This document shows positions 62,067-64,000 of a stretch of 64,000 nt of DNA, one piece after another. Below the pieces are notes generated by a model. The model saw nothing but the letters and a program-made list of their open reading frames with translations, was not told where the DNA came from and did not search any database. Origin of the DNA: Lophium mytilinum (taxonomy: Eukaryota); NCBI GenBank assembly GCA_010093605.1, contig MU004187.1, forward strand, positions 186,001 through 250,000. The letters are read 5' to 3'. A program made the position numbers and the translations under genes. Positions within the stretch are counted from its first letter, which is position 1. Every line of letters starts with the position of its first letter.

Positions 62067-62645
62067 TCATGCTATGCAGTGTGCGGATTTCATTACCTAG
62101 CGGAGCCAAGGCGTTCGGGGCGCTCTTGTATTGAAGTGGATGCAGGTGGGCAGTCCTTCTTAGTTTGAAAATAGGCTTCTTTTGAGGTACATTTACGTCC
62201 TGCAGAATCAACCTATAGTTCGTCAATCAACTATACTACGTAATTGAAACATAGTGCAATTGAAGTATCTACTAAGCGGGTAAGGGTCCGAAGACTCTCC
62301 TGGAACCATTGGATTGCTAAGGTCTATAGTACCCTGTTCTATATAATACACAGCGGCTGGCGTCAGACACAAGAAAAGTCTAATGGTGGTAATAAAAGTG
62401 TACTAAGACGCTACTAAAGACAAAACCCTAGGGATTGGAAAGCCGGCGGTGTTGCCTGTGAGGTGTATAATCGACGCTCTACGACGATTGATCCAAAGCC
62501 ACAGTAGTGAGGTTGGCTTATTTTTTCTCGTCCGGTCCGGACCATTGCAGGTAAGATGTTGCATTAATTGGGTATACCCATCCACCTTACGACTGCGGTC
62601 CAACCAGTCGAATTCCTGTCCTCGGAATGTACTGCAAACAGCGTG

Positions 62646-63741
62646 CTATCCAGCGATCAAAACCCACAGAAGGAAGACTAGTATCAACCGTCAGTAAACT
62701 ATGAGACAAGCAACGTATACCCAAGAGAGGAGACTCACATATCATCAACACCCCAAACATCTTAGCCACAAGCCACCTATTCCCACTAACCCGACTCCAA
62801 TACTTCATCAACTCCCGCTGTGCCCCTTGCACATTGTCCACCACATCCTCAGTGTTCGCATCGATCCGCTGTATCTGTTCGCTCTGTTCCGACACCATCT
62901 GCGCCAGCTGCCCAAATATACTCCCGAGCTCACTGATCGTGCTTTCGATCGTCTCAATCGCCTGGCCCCGCTGTTGGATATACTGATTCTGCGGCTGCGC
63001 CTCCTCCATCAGCATCAACTGCGCATCACTCTGCGGCCCGTTCCGCATGAGCGCCGAGCTCCCCGCCGGATCTAACGACAGCAGATCCTGTTGCGCCGCA
63101 CTCGTATTCTGGAACCCAGGCGACCGCCCTCTTTGCGGCGTCTGGTTATACAGCGGGCTATCCGTCCTCTGCGGGTCCAGCGACTGGCTATGGCTCGCCG
63201 CCACATTCACAAAGTTCTCCGTCCGGCTCCTGCTCGCCTGAATATTCTTAGTCCGCACCTCCAGCACTTCGCGGAAGTTTCCCCCAACGTCCGCGAGCTT
63301 GCTCTGCAGTAGCATAAGCACATTCTGGTTATGCTCCCCAACTTGATCGCCGCCGCCAGGTTTCGCGTTCGGGTGTTGCGAGGCTGTCAGGCTCTGGAGT
63401 CCCTTGATGTTCGTGTTCAGCGCCGACAGGTCTTGCTTGATGATGTATGTGAGTTCGTTGATCTCCACGGGCCGGTCGTCAAAGAGGGTCTTCCGCTTTG
63501 CGAGTTCCGCCAGGCGCTCCAGCTTGCCCATTGTGCCTGAGATCCCGCGACCGATGTCTGCAGCTCGCCGCGCGAACTCGGAGCGCTTGCTGGTAGCGGC
63601 AGCGCCATTTGCGGAGGCTTGTTGGGAGGGGGAGAGGAGCGGTTGGCGGCCCTGTTGGCCCTGCTGGGGGTGGCGGCGCTGGGCTTGGACGAGGATGGAG
63701 CGGAATTCGGCGGTGCGGTCTTGTATAGAGGTGGTCGCCAT
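62646..63741 (-). CDS. SED5: cis-Golgi t-SNARE syntaxin Sed5
   Basis: SIQDRTAEF, LFDDRPVEI and a SNARE helix. The TM exon FFLLWVLIAG* follows intron ~62678-62738. Confidence 0.95.
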
Positions 63742-64000
63742 GTCGGAGGTGATTATGCGGCGGGAGCGCGCGAAACGGGCGGAGGAGTTGGCGTCGTAAA
63801 GGGTGTTGGTGATGTTGCTGGCCGAAGCGTTCATGAAATGCATCGGCAGGGGCCACGGGGGGTGAGCGATCGGCTAGTTGAGTCAGCATCAGCCTACGCT
63901 TCTTTGGGCGTAGATTACACTCACCATCTTGTTGCTTTATTGTGAGGTTGAACAGTTACAGTGATGTTGGACTAAAGATGTGAGACGAGACACTGGTCAG

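Overview
Genomic DNA from a filamentous ascomycete (Pezizomycotina; spliceosomal introns, RIP), in two sharply separated compartments. Bases 1-~10,060 are an AT-rich, heavily RIP-mutated repeat block. It holds a ~6.2-kb Tad-like LINE with a 14-bp target-site duplication, nested in a Ty3/gypsy chromovirus (integrase, PPT, 3' LTR). A ~700-bp fold-back palindrome follows, whose core is copied in inverted, less-mutated form just upstream of ESF2. Bases ~10,060-64,000 are gene-dense. Core genes: ESF2, RPS5, a PXA1-type ABCD transporter, RPF1, KRR1, SED5 and an AIM6-like gene. Accessory genes: GH25 lysozyme, APH-like kinase, arylsulfotransferase, HET-domain protein, hemerythrin, heme-thiolate peroxygenase and a bacterial-type HAD-IIB hydrolase. 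The most novel signal is three divergent paralogs of a family I cannot name (17.4-19.6 kb +, 38.4-40.6 kb -, 42.9-44.8 kb -). They share a ~170-aa core, a second short motif and upstream motifs. Two share three identical intron positions; the third lacks all coding introns and has an in-frame TAA. Two other accessory genes (hemerythrin, HAD) also carry apparent inactivating changes. All calls come from manual reading and translation; no searches were run.
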